DNA of 48,348 nucleotides from Vulcanimicrobiota bacterium (GCA_963786105.1 CAWAXX010000020.1:1-48348); one strand, 5' to 3'. Positions 38,656-48,348 are shown, counted from the stretch's first letter. The notes: a model not told the origin generated them from the letters alone. Translations and numbers: made by a program.

Positions 38656-39026
38656 TGTCGGTTTCCCAGCAGCCTCCCTCGGATGCTCCATTTGGGCTTC
38701 AGCCTAACGTCGCCGCCGGGCTGGCCTATTTGTTAGGAATCATCGGTGGTATCGTTATGCTGGTCGGCGGCGGAACGAATAAGTTCGTCAAATGGGCGGC
38801 CGCTCAGTCGATCGTGTTTTGGGCGGCATATTTCATCGTGTACGCCGTCGTGTTGCCGGTGCTGGCCTTCGTCCTTCACGGCTTCATATTGTTTATCTGG
38901 TGGGCGCTCTGGATTCTAGGCATCGTCGTTTGGGTATGGACGTTCGCGGCCGCGTTTCAGGGGAAGGAAGTCCGCATTCCCGTCATCGCGGATATCACCC
39001 AGAACATCTTCAAATCGATGTTATGA
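38655..39026 (+). CDS. DUF4870/Tic20-like membrane protein
   Basis: GLQPNVAAGLAYLLG, FVKW.A.QS, AFQGKEVRIPVI. AAAGGA SD. Confidence 0.85.
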   Translation: MSVSQQPPSDAPFGLQPNVAAGLAYLLGIIGGIVMLVGGGTNKFVKWAAAQSIVFWAAYFIVYAVVLPVLAFVLHGFILFIWWALWILGIVVWVWTFAAAFQGKEVRIPVIADITQNIFKSML

Positions 39027-40169
39027 ACGCTTAGGGAGAACAAACGGGAGTTTCAGTCGCAACAGCGGCCGCTCGAAAAGATATGTGACCGCAGTCGCTT
39101 GGACGATGGTGGCAGCGAACGCGACTTGCGTGTAGCGCTCTCTCCATCCCGGGTCGTAGTGCGGATCGCCCACGAAGTCGGGGACGTGGTGTCGTAACAG
39201 TTCGCGCGCAATCATCTGATGGTAGAGGTAGAGGTTGTACGAGATCGCCGCCAGGAACCGCAGCGGAGGATTGTCGAGCAGCAGTTGCCACCACCGTGGG
39301 CTCGCTAGAAAACCCAGCGCTACCAGGGCGAATGCTGCCCCCAGCAACGGCCGCCGATCGATCTGCCAGACGCCGGCCCATTGATCGGCGATGCGGTAGG
39401 CATAGAGACTCGCCAGCAGCGATGCCAACCAGGCAGTCCCGCCGGCGGCCACGAGCGGTGCCGTAAACCGCCATTTCGAAAGTCCCCAGCTCCGGCCGTA
39501 GCGCACGAACGCGTATGCCGCGATCATGCCGAAACCGAAGATGTCGAGATAGCCCGGCAGGTTCTCCTCGTAATCGGGAAAGAGCGTCGTATAGCAGCAA
39601 TGAGCGAGCGCGGCGCGCCACGCCCAGGCGACGGCAATCATTGCTCCGGCGGTTATCCACGGCCATCGCCGGAAGCACCACCACAGAAGCGGGAATGCGC
39701 AGTAAAATTCGACTTCGACGGCTAGCGTCCAGAGAACCCCGTTGATCGTACCGTAGCGATCGGCGAACCAGGTGTGCACGAACAATGCGTGCGAGACGAC
39801 GTCGGGCAACGTCGACGCGTTGGGTTGGCGTTGAGCGTATCCGATCGCGTACGCGATCGCGATCGAGAGCGCGTACGACGGGACGATTTTGATGAACCGC
39901 CGCCACGCAAAGGTTCGCCACGTCGGGGTGGCGCGCTCTCCGGCCGCCGCCTGCAGGAACGGATACGCGATGACGAAGCCGCTCAGGAAAAAAAACAGAT
40001 GAACGCCGACGAAACCCGTTTCGGGAACGAACTGCAGCCACGCCGCCGGCGCGGGGAGCCAGGAAATCTCCCAAATGTGATACCAGAGGACGAGCAGTAC
40101 CGCAATTCCGCGTAGCCCGTCCAGAACCCCGAGACGCCGTTCTTCGTGGATCGACCCGCTTGCGGCCAT
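39021..40169 (-). CDS. Acyltransferase family 3 (OafA-like)
   Basis: LDGLRGIAVL.V...H, GV.LFFFLSGF, RRFIKIVP, WTLAVEVEFY, ISYNLYLYH, FERP. Start moved to ATG 40169. Confidence 0.93.
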   Translation of the reverse strand: MAASGSIHEERRLGVLDGLRGIAVLLVLWYHIWEISWLPAPAAWLQFVPETGFVGVHLFFFLSGFVIAYPFLQAAAGERATPTWRTFAWRRFIKIVPSYALSIAIAYAIGYAQRQPNASTLPDVVSHALFVHTWFADRYGTINGVLWTLAVEVEFYCAFPLLWWCFRRWPWITAGAMIAVAWAWRAALAHCCYTTLFPDYEENLPGYLDIFGFGMIAAYAFVRYGRSWGLSKWRFTAPLVAAGGTAWLASLLASLYAYRIADQWAGVWQIDRRPLLGAAFALVALGFLASPRWWQLLLDNPPLRFLAAISYNLYLYHQMIARELLRHHVPDFVGDPHYDPGWRERYTQVAFAATIVQATAVTYLFERPLLRLKLPFVLPKRS

Positions 40170-40263
40170 AGATTGCGGACGAGCGTTCGACGAGCCGGTA
40201 CTTAGCCCCGGGATGCCGAAGCCGCGGGGCTCGGCTCGTTTTACCATCGTACGGGAGCAAGAC

Positions 40264-42039
40264 ATGGCGGTCGCGGTGTATCAGGGCGTAGAGGGAGCGT
40301 ACTCGCAGTTGGCGATCGCTCGCTATTTGCGCGAGGCCGGGATTGAAGCCGGCACCCTCGGCGTGGCGACCTACCGCGAAATGGCCACGACGGTGGCCAG
40401 CTTGCGAGCGGACGCGGGCATCGTTCCAATTGAAAATGCCATCGCGGGAAGCGTGCGCGAAGGCTACGATCTGATTGCCGAATTCGATCTGACACCGCTG
40501 GCGGAAGTGCAGTGGCGGACCGATCATCGGCTTTTGGGCGTGCGGGGCGGCGAGTTGCGCGACGTGCGGGAAGTGCTCGCGCATCCATTGGTCATCGCGG
40601 AATGCGGACGTTTTCTCGCAGGCTTGGATCACGCGCGAGCGATTCCGTGCGAGGACACCGGCGTCGCGGCCCGTGAGGTTGCTCGCGCCGGTACTCCCGC
40701 GGTCGCCGCGCTGGCGTCGCCGGCGGCCGCCAAGGTCTACGATCTGGTGGAACTTGCAGCGAACTGCACCGACGCCCCCGACACCTACTCGCGCTTCCTT
40801 ATCGTCGGATCGCGGCACATGCCGTCGAACGGTCCGCTGGCCTTGCGGCCCAAGTGCGAACGTCGCAAGACGGCGCTGATCTTTGCTGTCGAGGAGCGCG
40901 CCGGTTCGCTCGCACGCTGCCTCGCCATCCTGGCGCGTCACGACATTAATGGGGATAAGCTCGAATCGAAGCCGCACCTCGGTCACGGGACCGAGCGAAT
41001 CTTTTATATCGAGTTCGAAGGCGATACGAATGACGACAACGTCGCGGGCGCGCTCGAAGAGCTCACGGGCGCCTGCACCGCGGTAACGGTGCTCGGCAGC
41101 TACGACGCGCACGTCGGAGCGCCGATTGGGGCCAACGCTCCGCCTCCCGTCTGCATTGCTTCAGCCGCTCCGCCGGAACGGGTACAGGCGATCCCGGCGG
41201 TGTCGGAGACGCCGTTTCCGCGTGTGTCGCGTATTTCACGTCCGCAAGGAAGTACGCTGACGATCGGCGGGGTGCGGATCGCCGACGGCGAGTTCGCGAT
41301 CGCTGCCGGACCGTGCTCGGTGGAGTCGCGCCAACAGATTCTCGCAACCGCGCACGCCGTGTGCGCAAGCGGCGCGACGATGTTGCGCGGTGGAGCGTTC
41401 AAGCCGCGCACCAGTCCGTACGCGTTTCAAGGTCTCGGGTGGGAGGGCGTCGCGCTGCTTGCCGAAGCGGGGCGCGCGAGCGGACTTCCGACGGTGAGCG
41501 AGGTGATGACGATCGATCAGGTGGGAAGGATGGCCGAGCAGATCGACGTCTTGCAGATCGGCGCGCGCAACATGCAAAACTTCGATCTGCTCAAGGCGGT
41601 CGGGCGCGCAGGACGCCCGGTGTTGCTCAAGCGCGGTCTCTCGGCGACCATCGACGAGCTGTTGGCTGCTGCGGAATACATCCTGGCCGAAGGGAATCCC
41701 AACGTCATCCTGTGCGAGCGCGGGATTCGCACCTTCGAGCCGGCGACGCGCAATACGCTCGACCTTTCGGCGGTCCCGGTGCTACGCGAGCGGTCGCACT
41801 TGCCGGTCTTTGTGGATCCGAGTCACGGAGTTGGTGTTCGGCGTTGGATCGCGCCGCTGTGCCTGGCGGCAAAAGCGGTCGGCGCCCACGGCCTGCTGGT
41901 CGAGGTACATCCGAATCCGTCCGAAGCCAAGAGCGATAAGGATCAAGCGCTGACGTTTGAGGATTTTGCCGACGTCGTGAAACAGCTCGACCGTATACCG
42001 CAGCCGCCGGTGGCCGCACCCGCGGAAACCTCCGAGTGA
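40264..42039 (+). CDS. Fusion of prephenate dehydratase-ACT and DAHP synthase (type I-beta)
   Basis: N-half: YQG..GAYS, VPIEN..AGSV, SRF, ACT with LESKP. C-half: AGPCSVES, RGGAFKPRTSPY.FQG, QIGARNMQNF, LCERGIRTFE, VDPSH. Start ATG 40264 with GGAG. Confidence 0.92.
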   Translation: MAVAVYQGVEGAYSQLAIARYLREAGIEAGTLGVATYREMATTVASLRADAGIVPIENAIAGSVREGYDLIAEFDLTPLAEVQWRTDHRLLGVRGGELRDVREVLAHPLVIAECGRFLAGLDHARAIPCEDTGVAAREVARAGTPAVAALASPAAAKVYDLVELAANCTDAPDTYSRFLIVGSRHMPSNGPLALRPKCERRKTALIFAVEERAGSLARCLAILARHDINGDKLESKPHLGHGTERIFYIEFEGDTNDDNVAGALEELTGACTAVTVLGSYDAHVGAPIGANAPPPVCIASAAPPERVQAIPAVSETPFPRVSRISRPQGSTLTIGGVRIADGEFAIAAGPCSVESRQQILATAHAVCASGATMLRGGAFKPRTSPYAFQGLGWEGVALLAEAGRASGLPTVSEVMTIDQVGRMAEQIDVLQIGARNMQNFDLLKAVGRAGRPVLLKRGLSATIDELLAAAEYILAEGNPNVILCERGIRTFEPATRNTLDLSAVPVLRERSHLPVFVDPSHGVGVRRWIAPLCLAAKAVGAHGLLVEVHPNPSEAKSDKDQALTFEDFADVVKQLDRIPQPPVAAPAETSE

Positions 42040-42416
42040 GCGCGACCACGGTGCGGGGCATTCGCGGTGCGATCACGGTGGAAGCAGACGAACCCGGTGC
42101 CATCGTCGATGCGACCAAACGGCTGTTGCACGCCATCGTGCAACGCAACGCGGTTGCGGTTGACGACATCGCGTCGGTGCTTTTCAGTCTGACGCCGGAT
42201 CTGCACGCGGTCTTTCCCGCCCTGGGCGCCCGCGAGATGGGGTGGTTATACGTGCCGATGCTACACTTTACCGAGGTGGACGTTCCCGGTTCCCTGCAAC
42301 GCTGCATCCGAGTCTTGATGCACGTCAATACGCAACGCGGGCTGGACGAGATCGACCACGTTTATCTGGACGGAGCGGCCTCGCTGCGACCCGACCTCGA
42401 TAAGTCGAGGCCGTGA
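42036..42416 (+). CDS. aroH: Chorismate mutase, AroH class
   Basis: VRGIRGAITV, T.DL.A.FPA..AR, CIRVLMH, HVYL.GA..LRPD. Confidence 0.95.
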   Translation: MSATTVRGIRGAITVEADEPGAIVDATKRLLHAIVQRNAVAVDDIASVLFSLTPDLHAVFPALGAREMGWLYVPMLHFTEVDVPGSLQRCIRVLMHVNTQRGLDEIDHVYLDGAASLRPDLDKSRP

Positions 42417-43255
42417 ACGCGGGGGCGATCGTCGGCATCGTCGGAACGGGGTTGATCGGAGGGTCGATCGGGTTGCGCGCGCGTCGCGAAGGTGGTCGCG
42501 CGATCGGCTACGACGATCGCCGGGCAGCGTTGACGGCTGCGCTGAACGCCGGCGCAATCGAAGAGTCTACCTCGCGCGAGGAGCTCTACGCGCGTGCCGA
42601 CATCGTAGTAATTGCCGCGCATCTCGATGCAACGATCGCCGAAATCGAACGGCTGCGGCTGCAACCGCCCGTTCGGGCCACGCTGATCGTTGACGTTGCT
42701 TCGGTCAAAGCACCGGTGTGCGCGGCTGTTCGGTCGCTGCCGAATTTTGTCGCGACCCATCCGATGGCGGGCTCGGAGCGCAGCGGCGCGGCATTCGCGC
42801 GCGCCGACCTATTTGAGGGTCGAACGTGGGCCTTTGTTCCAAGCGGCGACGCCCTGCTCGACGAACGGGCGCGCGCGTTTATCGGTTCGCAAGGCGCCAC
42901 GCCGTTTGCCGTCGGCGCGGCGGAGCACGACCGCATCGTCGCCCTCACGTCGCACCTCCCGCAGCTGCTGGGCTGGGCCTACGCTCGCCGGGTACGCAAG
43001 CGCGCCAGCGAGAGCCTCGAGCGGCTGACGGGGGCAACCGCCCGCGAACTGCTGCGCGTGGGTGCGTCGGAGACCGGCATGTGGGGCGACATTTTTCGCG
43101 CGAATGCCGCCAACGTCGCATCGGAGTTGCGTGCCTTAGGTCAGTCGCTGATCGAAGCGGGCGAGCGTCTGAGCCAGGGCGACGCGGAAGCCGTCCTGCG
43201 GATCCGGCCGGCATTTGGTTTGACGCAGGAAAGCCCCCCTGATATACTGCCGTAG
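42413..43255 (+). CDS. tyrA: Prephenate dehydrogenase
   Basis: [26 protein letters not shown]...A.TSHLP. Confidence 0.92.
   Translation: MNAGAIVGIVGTGLIGGSIGLRARREGGRAIGYDDRRAALTAALNAGAIEESTSREELYARADIVVIAAHLDATIAEIERLRLQPPVRATLIVDVASVKAPVCAAVRSLPNFVATHPMAGSERSGAAFARADLFEGRTWAFVPSGDALLDERARAFIGSQGATPFAVGAAEHDRIVALTSHLPQLLGWAYARRVRKRASESLERLTGATARELLRVGASETGMWGDIFRANAANVASELRALGQSLIEAGERLSQGDAEAVLRIRPAFGLTQESPPDILP
43220..43248 (+). promoter_or_regulatory. sigma70 promoter of the str operon, inside the tyrA 3' end
   Basis: TTGACG, 17-nt spacer, TATACT with TGn extension. Confidence 0.8.
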
Positions 43256-43367
43256 TTCAGGGACGGCCTACTTCCCGCAAGAACCGCCCAGGTGGTTCTT
43301 GGGGTTGGGCGCGCCCAATCCGTTCGTACGAACGTCGCATTCAGACATTGCTTGGCGAGGAGTATCG

Positions 43368-43808
43368 GTGCCCACCATTAACCAGCTGGTTCGCCGGGGA
43401 CGCGAGAAGACCGAGAAAAAGGTCAAGACGCGTGCCTTCCGGGTGATCTTGACCGGCCCGAAACCGGGCCATCCGGACCTGCCGACCCGCTCGTTCGAGG
43501 TGCAGGGCAACCCCCAGCGCCGCGGTGTCTGCACGCAAGTCAAGACGGTGACGCCGAAGAAGCCGAACTCCGCGCTGCGTAAAGTCGCTCGCGTGCGCCT
43601 CACCAACGGCGAAGAGGTGACGGCGTACATTCCCGGCATCGGTCACAACCTTCAGGAGCACTCGGTGGTGCTCGTGCGCGGCGGACGCGTCAAGGATCTG
43701 CCGGGCGTTCGCTACCACATCATTCGCGGCACACTCGACACCGCGGGCACGGCCAATCGCAAGCAAGGTCGCTCCAAATACGGCGCCAAGCGAGATAAGA
43801 AGAAGTAA
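43368..43808 (+). CDS. rpsL: 30S ribosomal protein S12
   Basis: [34 protein letters not shown] start at 43368 with GAGGAG SD. Confidence 0.99.
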   Translation: MPTINQLVRRGREKTEKKVKTRAFRVILTGPKPGHPDLPTRSFEVQGNPQRRGVCTQVKTVTPKKPNSALRKVARVRLTNGEEVTAYIPGIGHNLQEHSVVLVRGGRVKDLPGVRYHIIRGTLDTAGTANRKQGRSKYGAKRDKKK

Positions 43809-44278
43809 TGCCACGTAAAGGCCCCGCTCCGAAACGGCAAATTTTGGCCGACGGCAAGTACAACTCGAAAGTCCTCGCGCGTTTCATCAACAAGGTGATG
43901 CTGCGCGGCAAGAAGTCGACGGCGGAGCAGATCACGTACGCAGCCCTGGAAATGATTGCGGAAAAGACCGGCCGCGATCCAATGGACATTTTCTCACAGG
44001 CGCTCTCCAACGCGATGCCGCTGGTCGAAGTTCGACCGCGCCGCGTGGGCGGCGCAACCTATCAGGTGCCGATGGAAGTTCGCCCGGACCGGCGCCAAGC
44101 CATGGCGATGCGCTGGCTGATCGGTTTCGCCCGTTCGCGGGCCGGCCGGTCGATGGAAGAAAAGCTGGCCAACGAACTGCTTGACGCATCCAACAACACC
44201 GGCGCCACCATTAAAAAACGCGAAGATACTCATAAGATGGCCGAAGCCAATAAAGCCTTCGCCCACTACCGCTGGTAA
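43808..44278 (+). CDS. rpsG: 30S ribosomal protein S7
   Basis: [26 protein letters not shown]. Confidence 0.99.
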   Translation: MPRKGPAPKRQILADGKYNSKVLARFINKVMLRGKKSTAEQITYAALEMIAEKTGRDPMDIFSQALSNAMPLVEVRPRRVGGATYQVPMEVRPDRRQAMAMRWLIGFARSRAGRSMEEKLANELLDASNNTGATIKKREDTHKMAEANKAFAHYRW

Positions 44279-44298
44279 CGTCTAAGACTTCAACAACC

Positions 44299-46395
44299 AT
44301 GGCTGCTAGGGAATATCCGCTCGAGCGAACGAGAAATATTGGCATTGCCGCGCACATCGACGCCGGTAAAACCACCTGTACCGAACGCATTCTGTTCTAC
44401 ACCGGCCGCGTGCACAAAATTGGGGAAGTGCACGACGGCGCCGCGACGATGGACTGGATGGTGCAGGAGCAGGAGCGTGGCATTACCATCACGTCGGCGG
44501 CGACCGCCACCACCTGGCGAGATACGCGCATCAATATCATCGATACGCCTGGCCACGTTGACTTTACCGTCGAGGTCGAGCGCTCGCTGCGCGTGCTCGA
44601 CGGTTTGGTAGCGCTTTTTGACTCGGTCGCCGCGGTGCAGCCGCAGTCGGAGACGGTTTGGCGCCAGGCGAACAAGTACAAAGTGCCGCGCATCATCTTC
44701 GTCAACAAGATGGACCGCATGGGCGCAGATTTTTTCAACGTCGTCGACAAGATTCGCGAGCGTCTGGGCGGCCGGGCCGTTCCGATTCAGGTGCCGATCG
44801 GCGCCGAAGACAAATTTCAAGGCGTGGTCGACTTGTTTTCCATGAAGAAGGTCGTCTATAGCGACGATGCCGGCTCGACGATGGCTTTGGAAGACGTCGA
44901 GGGCGATCTGCGCGATCTGGCGATGAAGTGGCGCCAAGCGCTCGTGGAAGCGATCGCCGAGCAGGACGACGAGCTACTCGAGATGTTCTTCGATGGTAAA
45001 GAGCTGCCGATCGACCGCATGAAGGCGGCTCTGCGCCGCGCGACGATCGAGGGAACGGTCCTGCCGATGCTCTGTGGATCCGCGTTCAAGAACAAAGGCA
45101 TTCAGCCACTGCTCGACGCGGTCGTAGACTACATGCCGTCGCCGCTCGATGCGAAAAGCATCGTCGGAAAAGATCCGAAGACGGGCGACGAGATGGTCCG
45201 CAAACCGGACGACGCCGAGCCCTTCTGTGCCCTGGCGTTCAAGATCGCGACCGATCCGTACGGAAACCTCACGTATTTCCGGGTGTACTCCGGCGTACTG
45301 AGCAAAGGCAGCTACGTGCTCAACTCGCGCAGCGGGCGGAAGGAGCGCATTGGGCGCATTTTGCGCATGCACGCGAACCATCGCGAAGACATCGACTCGA
45401 TCGGCGCGGGTGACATCGCGGCGGCCGTCGGGCTGTCCGACACGCGCACCGGCGACACGCTGTGCGACGAGAAATCGCCGATCACACTCGAATCGATCAC
45501 CTTCCCCGAACCGGTCATCTCGCAGGCAATCGAGCCGAAGACGAAGGGCGACCAAGATAAACTCGGGACGGCGTTGACACGTCTGGCGCAAGAGGACCCG
45601 ACGTTCCGGATGCGCACCGACGAGGAGACCCAGCAGACGATCATTGCCGGCATGGGCGAGCTGCATCTCGAGATCATCCTCGACCGGTTACGCCGTGAAT
45701 TCAAAGTCGAGGCGAACGTAGGCAAGCCGCAGGTCGCATACAAAGAAGCCATTACCAAAACGGTCGAAAAAGAAGGCAAGTTCGTACGCCAATCGGGCGG
45801 AAAAGGCCAATACGGCGACATTTGGCTCAAGGTCGAGCCACAGGTACCCGGCACCGGCTTCGTTTTCGATTGGAAGATCGTCGGCGGCAAGGTGCCCAAG
45901 GAGTACGCGAAGGCGGTTCAAGAGGGCATCAAGGAATCGTCGCAAAGCGGCGTGCTGGCCGGCTACCCGGTCCTCGACTTCAAAGTCACCGCTTTCGACG
46001 GCTCGTACCACGACGTCGACTCGTCCGAAATGGCTTTCAAGATTGCGGCCTCGATGGGATGGAAAGAAGCCAACCGCGCCGCCGGCCCGATTCTGCTCGA
46101 GCCGATCATGAAAGTGGAAGTAACCACTCCCAAGGATTACATGGGCGGAATTACCGGCGATCTGATTCGCCGTCGCGGCCTGATTCAAGGGACGGAGGAA
46201 GCGCCGGGCGGCGCCCAGGTCATCACCGCCAACGTGCCCCTCTCGGAGATGTTCGGCTACGCGACCGACATGCGCTCGGCCACTCAAGGGCGCGCCACCT
46301 ACACGATGGAATTCTCGCACTACGAGAAGGCGCCCAAGTCGGTCGAAGAAGAGATTGTGGCAAAGGCCTCGGGCAAAAAGCCCGCCCACGCCTAA
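44299..46395 (+). CDS. fusA: Elongation factor G
   Basis: [38 protein letters not shown]. Confidence 0.99.
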   Translation: MAAREYPLERTRNIGIAAHIDAGKTTCTERILFYTGRVHKIGEVHDGAATMDWMVQEQERGITITSAATATTWRDTRINIIDTPGHVDFTVEVERSLRVLDGLVALFDSVAAVQPQSETVWRQANKYKVPRIIFVNKMDRMGADFFNVVDKIRERLGGRAVPIQVPIGAEDKFQGVVDLFSMKKVVYSDDAGSTMALEDVEGDLRDLAMKWRQALVEAIAEQDDELLEMFFDGKELPIDRMKAALRRATIEGTVLPMLCGSAFKNKGIQPLLDAVVDYMPSPLDAKSIVGKDPKTGDEMVRKPDDAEPFCALAFKIATDPYGNLTYFRVYSGVLSKGSYVLNSRSGRKERIGRILRMHANHREDIDSIGAGDIAAAVGLSDTRTGDTLCDEKSPITLESITFPEPVISQAIEPKTKGDQDKLGTALTRLAQEDPTFRMRTDEETQQTIIAGMGELHLEIILDRLRREFKVEANVGKPQVAYKEAITKTVEKEGKFVRQSGGKGQYGDIWLKVEPQVPGTGFVFDWKIVGGKVPKEYAKAVQEGIKESSQSGVLAGYPVLDFKVTAFDGSYHDVDSSEMAFKIAASMGWKEANRAAGPILLEPIMKVEVTTPKDYMGGITGDLIRRRGLIQGTEEAPGGAQVITANVPLSEMFGYATDMRSATQGRATYTMEFSHYEKAPKSVEEEIVAKASGKKPAHA

Positions 46396-46404
46396 AGCAG
46401 GCCC

Positions 46405-46485
46405 CATTCGTTCCATATCTTCGGCGGCGCCAGCCTCACGTGCAAAGCACGCCTCGGCTGTCGCCTTCTCGATCTGAAACGAATG
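46405..46485. repeat. Rod-like imperfect inverted repeat (REP-like) after fusA
   Basis: Nested pairs CATTCGTT/AACGAATG, GGCGGC/GTCGCC, AGCC/GGCT, CGTGC-AAA-GCACG. Confidence 0.5.
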
Positions 46486-46524
46486 AGACGCCGCTTTGTC
46501 TGGCCGCGCGGCGGCGGGGCGGCG

Positions 46525-46553
46525 TTGACAGGGCCCGTGCGGCTTGGTATATT
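46525..46553 (+). promoter_or_regulatory. Strong sigma70 promoter of tuf
   Basis: TTGACA, 17-nt spacer, TATATT with TGn extension. Confidence 0.85.
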
Positions 46554-46701
46554 CCCAGGGCAATGGCGCCCTCTTCGCGAGGGCGTTTGCAACGTAAGCG
46601 GCGAAACGCGCCACTGAACGCCAGGGTCCGAGGACTTAGGCACAGGGGGCTCGCGTGCGACCGCCTTTCTCTGTAAGCTCGCGTCAAACGTAAGGAAGAA
46701 A

Positions 46702-47901
46702 ATGGCCAAGGCAAAGTTCGAGCGCAACAAGCCGCACGTCAACATCGGGACGACGGGTCACGTCGATCACGGGAAAACGACGCTGACGGCCGCGATCACC
46801 CATTGTCTCGCGACCGAAGGGCTGGCAAGCGCTCGCGGCGTCGACGAGATCGATAACGCGCCGGAAGAGAAAGAGCGTGGCATTACCATTGCCATCTCGC
46901 ACCAAGAGTACGAGACTAAGAAGCGCCACTACGCCCACGTTGACTGCCCCGGCCACGCCGACTACATCAAGAACATGATCACCGGCGCTGCCCAAATGGA
47001 CGGCGCCATCCTGGTCGTGGCGGCGACCGACGGTCCGATGCCGCAGACCCGCGAGCACATTCTGCTAATGCGCCAAGTCGGCGTTCCGCGAATCGTCGTG
47101 TTCCTGAACAAGGTCGATCTGGTCGAGGACGAAGAGCTGCTCGAACTGGTCGAGATGGAGATCCGCGAGCTACTGACCAAGTACGAATTCGACGGCGACA
47201 ACACGCCGATCATCCGGGGATCGGCACTCAAAGCGCTTAACTCCGACGGCAAGCGCGGCAACCCGGACACCGATCCGATCTTTAAGTTGATGGACACCGT
47301 CGACGACTTCATCCCCGAGCCGGTCCGTGAAATCGACAAACCGTTTCTCATGCCGGTCGAAGACGTTTTCACGATCACCGGCCGCGGCACCGTCGGTACC
47401 GGCCGCGTCGAGCGCGGTCAAGTCAAGGTCGGCGAAGAAGTCGAGATCGTCGGGCTGAAGGATGAAACCAAGAGGACGGTCGTGACCGGCATCGAGATGT
47501 TTCGTAAGCTTCTCGACTCGGGTATCGCCGGCGACAACATCGGCGTCCTGTTGCGCGGCGTGGATCGCAACGAGATCGAACGCGGTCAAGTGTTGGCAAA
47601 GCCCGGCTCGGTAAAGCCGCATAAGAAGTTCAAAGCCGAGGTGTACGTCCTGTCGAAGGACGAAGGCGGACGCCACACGCCGTTTTTCGGTAACTATCGT
47701 CCGCAGTTCTACTTTCGTACGACCGACGTGACCGGTACCATCAAGCTGCCGGAAGGCGTCGAGATGGTTATGCCCGGCGACAACGTTCAAATGGACGTCG
47801 AGCTGATCACGCCGATCGCGTGCGAAGAGGGCTTGCGTTTTGCAATTCGCGAAGGCGGCCGTACCGTCGGCGCGGGCGTCGTGACGTCAGTCTCGGAGTA
47901 G
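46702..47901 (+). CDS. tuf: Elongation factor Tu
   Basis: [32 protein letters not shown]. Confidence 0.99.
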   Translation: MAKAKFERNKPHVNIGTTGHVDHGKTTLTAAITHCLATEGLASARGVDEIDNAPEEKERGITIAISHQEYETKKRHYAHVDCPGHADYIKNMITGAAQMDGAILVVAATDGPMPQTREHILLMRQVGVPRIVVFLNKVDLVEDEELLELVEMEIRELLTKYEFDGDNTPIIRGSALKALNSDGKRGNPDTDPIFKLMDTVDDFIPEPVREIDKPFLMPVEDVFTITGRGTVGTGRVERGQVKVGEEVEIVGLKDETKRTVVTGIEMFRKLLDSGIAGDNIGVLLRGVDRNEIERGQVLAKPGSVKPHKKFKAEVYVLSKDEGGRHTPFFGNYRPQFYFRTTDVTGTIKLPEGVEMVMPGDNVQMDVELITPIACEEGLRFAIREGGRTVGAGVVTSVSE

Positions 47902-47970
47902 CGGGAGCGCCGCACGGACGCGCCGCGACGAACGACCCGACGGCGGCGTCCGTCGATCCGAGACGTAGCC

Positions 47971-47985
47971 ATCCTTGAAAACTGA
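47971..47985 (+). promoter_or_regulatory. boxA-like element upstream of rpsJ
   Basis: ATCCTTGAAAACTGA resembles the CTTTGAAAAC-type rrn boxA; preceded by a GC-rich hairpin (about 47913-47953). Confidence 0.5.
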
Positions 47986-48002
47986 GAAATAGAGAAAGAA
48001 GA

Positions 48003-48311
48003 ATGTCAAAGCAAAAGATTCGGATTCGCCTGAAGGCGTACGATCATCGGGTACTCGATCAATCGGCCGAGCGCATCGTCGACACCGCCAAACGCACCGG
48101 GGCGTTCGTGAGCGGTCCGGTGCCGCTGCCGACCGAGATCAACCGGTTCTGCGTACAGCGCTCGACGAATAACGATAAGAAATCCCGCGAGCACTTCGAG
48201 ATGCGCACCCATAAGCGCTTGATCGACATTCTGCAGGCGTCGCCCAAGACGATGGATGCGCTCATGCATCTCGACTTGCCGGCCGGCGTGGACATCGAGC
48301 TCAAAGCCTAA
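48003..48311 (+). CDS. rpsJ: 30S ribosomal protein S10 (NusE)
   Basis: [42 protein letters not shown]. Confidence 0.99.
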   Translation: MSKQKIRIRLKAYDHRVLDQSAERIVDTAKRTGAFVSGPVPLPTEINRFCVQRSTNNDKKSREHFEMRTHKRLIDILQASPKTMDALMHLDLPAGVDIELKA

Positions 48312-48348
48312 AGCTGGGACGCCGGCTCGGTTCGGCCGGCAATGATTC

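Noticed and set aside
39031..41112. 693-aa minus-strand ORF
   Set aside because: Arg-rich alternative frame overlapping the acyltransferase and antisense to the PDT-DAHP synthase gene.
43283..43296. ACCGCC-CA-GGTGGT as a third copy of the GCCA-N6-TGGCA operator
   Set aside because: It lies downstream of the promoter inside a longer RNA stem with a G-U pair, and lacks the TGGCA-N11-(-10) geometry.
4491..43367. Interval between rpoC and rpsL as a mobile island or prophage
   Set aside because: No integrase, transposase, phage genes or flanking direct repeats seen; it contains housekeeping aro genes.

Overview
GC-rich bacterial chromosomal segment. It is most consistent with Candidatus Eremiobacterota/Vulcanimicrobiota; this is inferred from the beta-propeller lipoproteins, MalT-like LuxR regulator and TonB-dependent receptor, and was not verified. 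rpoC stands alone, with its own promoter and terminator and no rpoB in front of it. It is separated by about 38.9 kb from rpsL-rpsG-fusA-tuf-rpsJ. The interval holds: a MalT-like LuxR regulator followed by an unannotated 23-aa hydrophobic peptide and a candidate ~140-nt structured sRNA; an OmpR-family two-component system with a TonB-dependent receptor carrying an unusual duplicated Cys-containing C-terminal domain; three lipoproteins; two DUF3311/sodium:solute symporter pairs; a split 2-aminobenzoyl-CoA/salicylyl-CoA (abm-like) catabolic cluster; a membrane protein with PmoC/AmoC-like metal motifs coupled to a GT39 glycosyltransferase; and an aromatic amino acid operon with a PDT-ACT-DAHP synthase fusion. 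Several shared cis-motifs are visible: a GCCA-N6-TGGCA palindrome in front of two orphan genes, paired OmpR-type boxes, a GCCCT-N7-AGGGCG motif in both the rpoC and tuf leaders, and a boxA-like site before rpsJ. I saw no rRNA, tRNA, CRISPR array or transposase.
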